Source of the DNA: Candidatus Jordarchaeum madagascarense
Lineage (GTDB): Archaea; Asgardarchaeota; Jordiarchaeia; Jordiarchaeales; Jordiarchaeaceae
Direction of reading: 5' to 3'
DNA length: 15,428 bases
NCBI GenBank assembly: GCA_019056875.1
Contig: DXJA01000257.1
Span: forward strand, 1 to 15,428
Below the pieces are notes generated by a model. It was not told the DNA's origin, did not search any database, and was given only the letters and a program-made list of their open reading frames with translations. Positions 13,124 to 15,428 of this stretch are shown here, piece after piece. The translations under genes and the position numbers were made by a program. Within the stretch, counting starts at the first letter, position 1, and every line of letters starts with the position of its first letter.

Positions 13124-14038
13124 TTACTTTATATTGAATAGTTTTGCTGCGTTATCATAAATTACTTTTCTCTTGACTTCTTCGGATAGGGGTATTTTTA
13201 AGAATTCTTTTATGTTCTCGTGGATTGTTTTCACCCCGGGTCCCGGCCAGTCGCTGCCGAATATGGCTCTGTCCGCTATCATTTCAAATCTTGGAAAATA
13301 GTCGAGTAAGCGGTGTGGCGGTATGCTTGAGATGTCGAATAATATTTGTCTGTGTCTTCTGAGAAGATAGAAGGCGGTTTCCATCCATATGGGTCTGCCC
13401 CCGTGGCTTAGGATTATTTTCAATTTGGGAAAATCAAGGGGTAGCTCGTCTAGGAAGATGGGGTCTCCGTACTTGTTTCTCGCTTTGGGGAACATACTGG
13501 TTCCAGTGTGTATTTGTACCGGGAGTTCGTGGTCGCTTGCGAACTGGTATATCTGTTCCAAGCTTTTCAGGTTTGCCTCCTCGGGGCGATAAGCGTTTGG
13601 TTTAACGAGCTGGTGTACTGGGTGAAGCTTTAATCCTTTTATTTCATATTTACTGGAAATTTCCTCAAGCCTGGGCAAAGGGTTACTATTGAGCCGAGGA
13701 TTTACCGATCCGAATTGGAGCAATCTGTCTCTATAATCCTTCACGTATTCGGCGACTTCATCCACTTGTTCATCTCCAAATCCCATCACGTCTGGTGCGG
13801 GATAAGACATAATAACGATTGCCCTTATGGATTGTTCATCCATATATTTTATAAGGTTCTTCGAGTCTTCCGAGATACCCTTATAGAATTCGGGGTCGAC
13901 CCTCATTAAACTTGCAACCGTTTTTAGTAAATCCTCACTAAAAAACTTGACTGGAACAATGTGTGTATGGGCATCAATAAAATCCAAAAGCAATCCCTCT
14001 GAATGATATTTTGTTAGCTCAAAAACAGAAAATAACAA
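13124..14038 (-). CDS. Amidohydrolase-2 (TIM-barrel metal-dependent hydrolase/decarboxylase) family protein
   Basis: Family blocks: FIDAHTHIVP (HxH metal motif at the N-terminus), KGLKLHP, QIHTG, ILSHGGRP, IFGSDWP. The track start (TTG 14038) is probably too long. TTG at 13987 gives MDFIDAHTH..., has GAGGG about 7 nt upstream, and a TATA-like cttatatgg sits at about 14041-14049. Confidence 0.85.
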   Translation of the reverse strand: MLFSVFELTKYHSEGLLLDFIDAHTHIVPVKFFSEDLLKTVASLMRVDPEFYKGISEDSKNLIKYMDEQSIRAIVIMSYPAPDVMGFGDEQVDEVAEYVKDYRDRLLQFGSVNPRLNSNPLPRLEEISSKYEIKGLKLHPVHQLVKPNAYRPEEANLKSLEQIYQFASDHELPVQIHTGTSMFPKARNKYGDPIFLDELPLDFPKLKIILSHGGRPIWMETAFYLLRRHRQILFDISSIPPHRLLDYFPRFEMIADRAIFGSDWPGPGVKTIHENIKEFLKIPLSEEVKRKVIYDNAAKLFNIK

Positions 14039-14150
14039 GCCATATAAGTTTAGTGGGCGAATCTATGTTTTTGCTTTGATAAGTTCAAATTTAAAATGAA
14101 ATTTCAAAATAGAGGGGTAGATGATTTACTGTTGATATTTGGGAATGTGT

Positions 14151-15428
14151 TTAATCTTGGTTTTCCGGTTTGATTTTATTATCTGGTTTTACTTCTGGAT
14201 GAATTTTTAATAGGTATTCGCAGTACTCATCGCCCTTTGAGACACACATGACTTCTTCACAGGTGCACTTTGATCCGGTATAGGTTTCTGCTGTCGCTTC
14301 TATTGCGCCTTCAATAAGGGCTCCCATATTTTTACCTATATTTGACTCTGAGCATATAGCGGGATTCCTAAGTCGTATTCGTATAATTCCTTTTTCGGGA
14401 TTATAACTTTGAATAAACATTCCACCTAAACCCATAAGGGTACATACTCTGGCGTAAAACAGAATTGCTTCTTCCATGTTGGCAATTTTAAACTTGTTCA
14501 GCAGTACTTTAGCAATGGGATACGTTATTTCCTTGCCCAATTGGTGTGTTAGCTCATAGCCTAGCTTATAGTCATTTTTTTCAATCATGATTTTGGATAA
14601 CACTTTGAACATGTCTGAGGGTATAAACGCCATCCTAAGACCCAAAAAATCGATATTGCCATTCTGTAGCATTTTTGCATTGTGTTTCATACTCTCAAAT
14701 TCCCTAACTATTTCTGTTCTTAAGTTGATTCCATTTGGAACAACTTCATAGGGAACTCTATCGCTTAGATAGTTTATAAGGGGAGATTTGGTAACTCTCA
14801 AATACTTCTGAAAACCTTTCTCTTGTTCTACCACTTTTAGTTCAATCGCGTAGTCGAACGCATGTTCAAGGGTACTCAGAGTTTTTTCATCCATCATACC
14901 CCTATCAAAAACGAAAATCGGCAGCCCATACTGGCTTAAGTTTATTCTGTTTTTGTAAATCAGGTTAATTATTTTATCAATTTGCTGTCCCTTTGTCAGA
15001 AATATGTTACTAAGGTAGAGAATGCAGAATAACTTGCCTTTATACTCCTCAATGAGCGATGTCAAATTATAAAGATAAGCGTCAAGACTAATAATATCTC
15101 GAGGATTGTCTATCACATGCTTTTCTTCTGTGGCTAAACGGCCATAGAGATTAGTAAATCCATCCACAATAAATAGACCCCCCTCATTTTCGAATTTTTC
15201 CAAATCCCAGTTAAAAGATCTAGACCAATCTCGAATTCTTATCGGGGGAAAGTCCAAGTCCAGAATAAATCCGTGGTCTCCTTCCTGGATTCTTTGATTA
15301 ATAATCTGTAGAGGCAGAAGCTCACCCATTGAGCCAGTCTCTTTTAACAGTAGAACAGGAGAATCCCTGATAAAACCGCCGCCAAGGAGAAGATCTAAGT
15401 CATGGATACCCGAACTGATTAGCTCCAT
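14151..15428 (-). CDS. KaiC/RecA-like domain (degenerate P-loop) fused to a C-terminal V4R domain
   Basis: The N-terminus SGIHDLDLLLGGGF is the hallmark KaiC/RadA-like opening. The P-loop position reads KETGSMGE (15321-15344), with no GKT/S. The C-terminal ~150 aa (about 14184-14645) look like V4R: GLRMAFIPSDMFKVL ... GLGGMFIQSY ... IRIRLRN ... CEEVMCVSKGDEYCEYLL. The ATG occupies the last 3 bases of the window, so the true N-terminus could lie outside it. Confidence 0.8.
   Translation of the reverse strand: MELISSGIHDLDLLLGGGFIRDSPVLLLKETGSMGELLPLQIINQRIQEGDHGFILDLDFPPIRIRDWSRSFNWDLEKFENEGGLFIVDGFTNLYGRLATEEKHVIDNPRDIISLDAYLYNLTSLIEEYKGKLFCILYLSNIFLTKGQQIDKIINLIYKNRINLSQYGLPIFVFDRGMMDEKTLSTLEHAFDYAIELKVVEQEKGFQKYLRVTKSPLINYLSDRVPYEVVPNGINLRTEIVREFESMKHNAKMLQNGNIDFLGLRMAFIPSDMFKVLSKIMIEKNDYKLGYELTHQLGKEITYPIAKVLLNKFKIANMEEAILFYARVCTLMGLGGMFIQSYNPEKGIIRIRLRNPAICSESNIGKNMGALIEGAIEATAETYTGSKCTCEEVMCVSKGDEYCEYLLKIHPEVKPDNKIKPENQD

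Noticed and set aside
11792-13909. Antisense track ORFs 11792-12007, 13389-13592 and 13715-13909.
   Set aside because: The reasoning is the same as above. They lie inside better-supported genes on the opposite strand and have no recognisable features.
1-15428. A window-wide look for tRNA/rRNA genes, CRISPR repeat-spacer periodicity, IS elements, integrases and toxin-antitoxin pairs.
   Set aside because: I could see no regularly spaced 25-40-bp repeats, no cloverleaf-like G/C-rich ~75-nt segment and no transposase or integrase motifs in any frame. tRNAscan and Rfam were not run, so small structured RNAs cannot be formally excluded.

Overview
This 15.4-kb window carries 13 protein-coding genes I can support. 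I recognise no rRNA, tRNA, CRISPR array, transposase or integrase. An archaeal chromosome is the most likely source (inference; no taxon can be named). The basis is the expression signals (A/T-rich TATA-like boxes 25-40 nt upstream of starts, GGTGA/GGAGG ribosome-binding sites, oligo-T tracts after stops) and the gene content (VirB4/HerA-type ATPase, KaiC/RecA-like + V4R protein). Ordinary content: an Ldh_2-family dehydrogenase, an AMP-forming acyl-CoA synthetase, a MarR + ABC-2 exporter operon, a flavin reductase and an Amidohydro_2 hydrolase. Non-ordinary content, in my order of interest: (1) An orphan 848-aa membrane-anchored VirB4/HerA/FtsK-superfamily ATPase (7205-9751) has an unassignable ~380-aa N-terminal domain, extreme C-rich and T3-poor codon usage, and none of the usual partner genes nearby. 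A 35-codon hydrophobic micro-ORF starts 2 nt after its stop. (2) A protein (14151-15428) fuses a KaiC/RecA-like domain lacking its P-loop lysine to a C-terminal V4R ligand-binding domain. (3) An A/T-rich islet (10.6-13.1 kb) holds three orphan genes, two with CxxC...CxxC zinc ribbons, separated by unusually long repeat-bearing spacers. (4) Synonymous-site composition follows the DNA strand rather than the gene, except in two + strand blocks. (5) The ABC ATPase has Arg in place of the Walker A Lys. All functional calls rest on motif recognition by eye; no database search was run.
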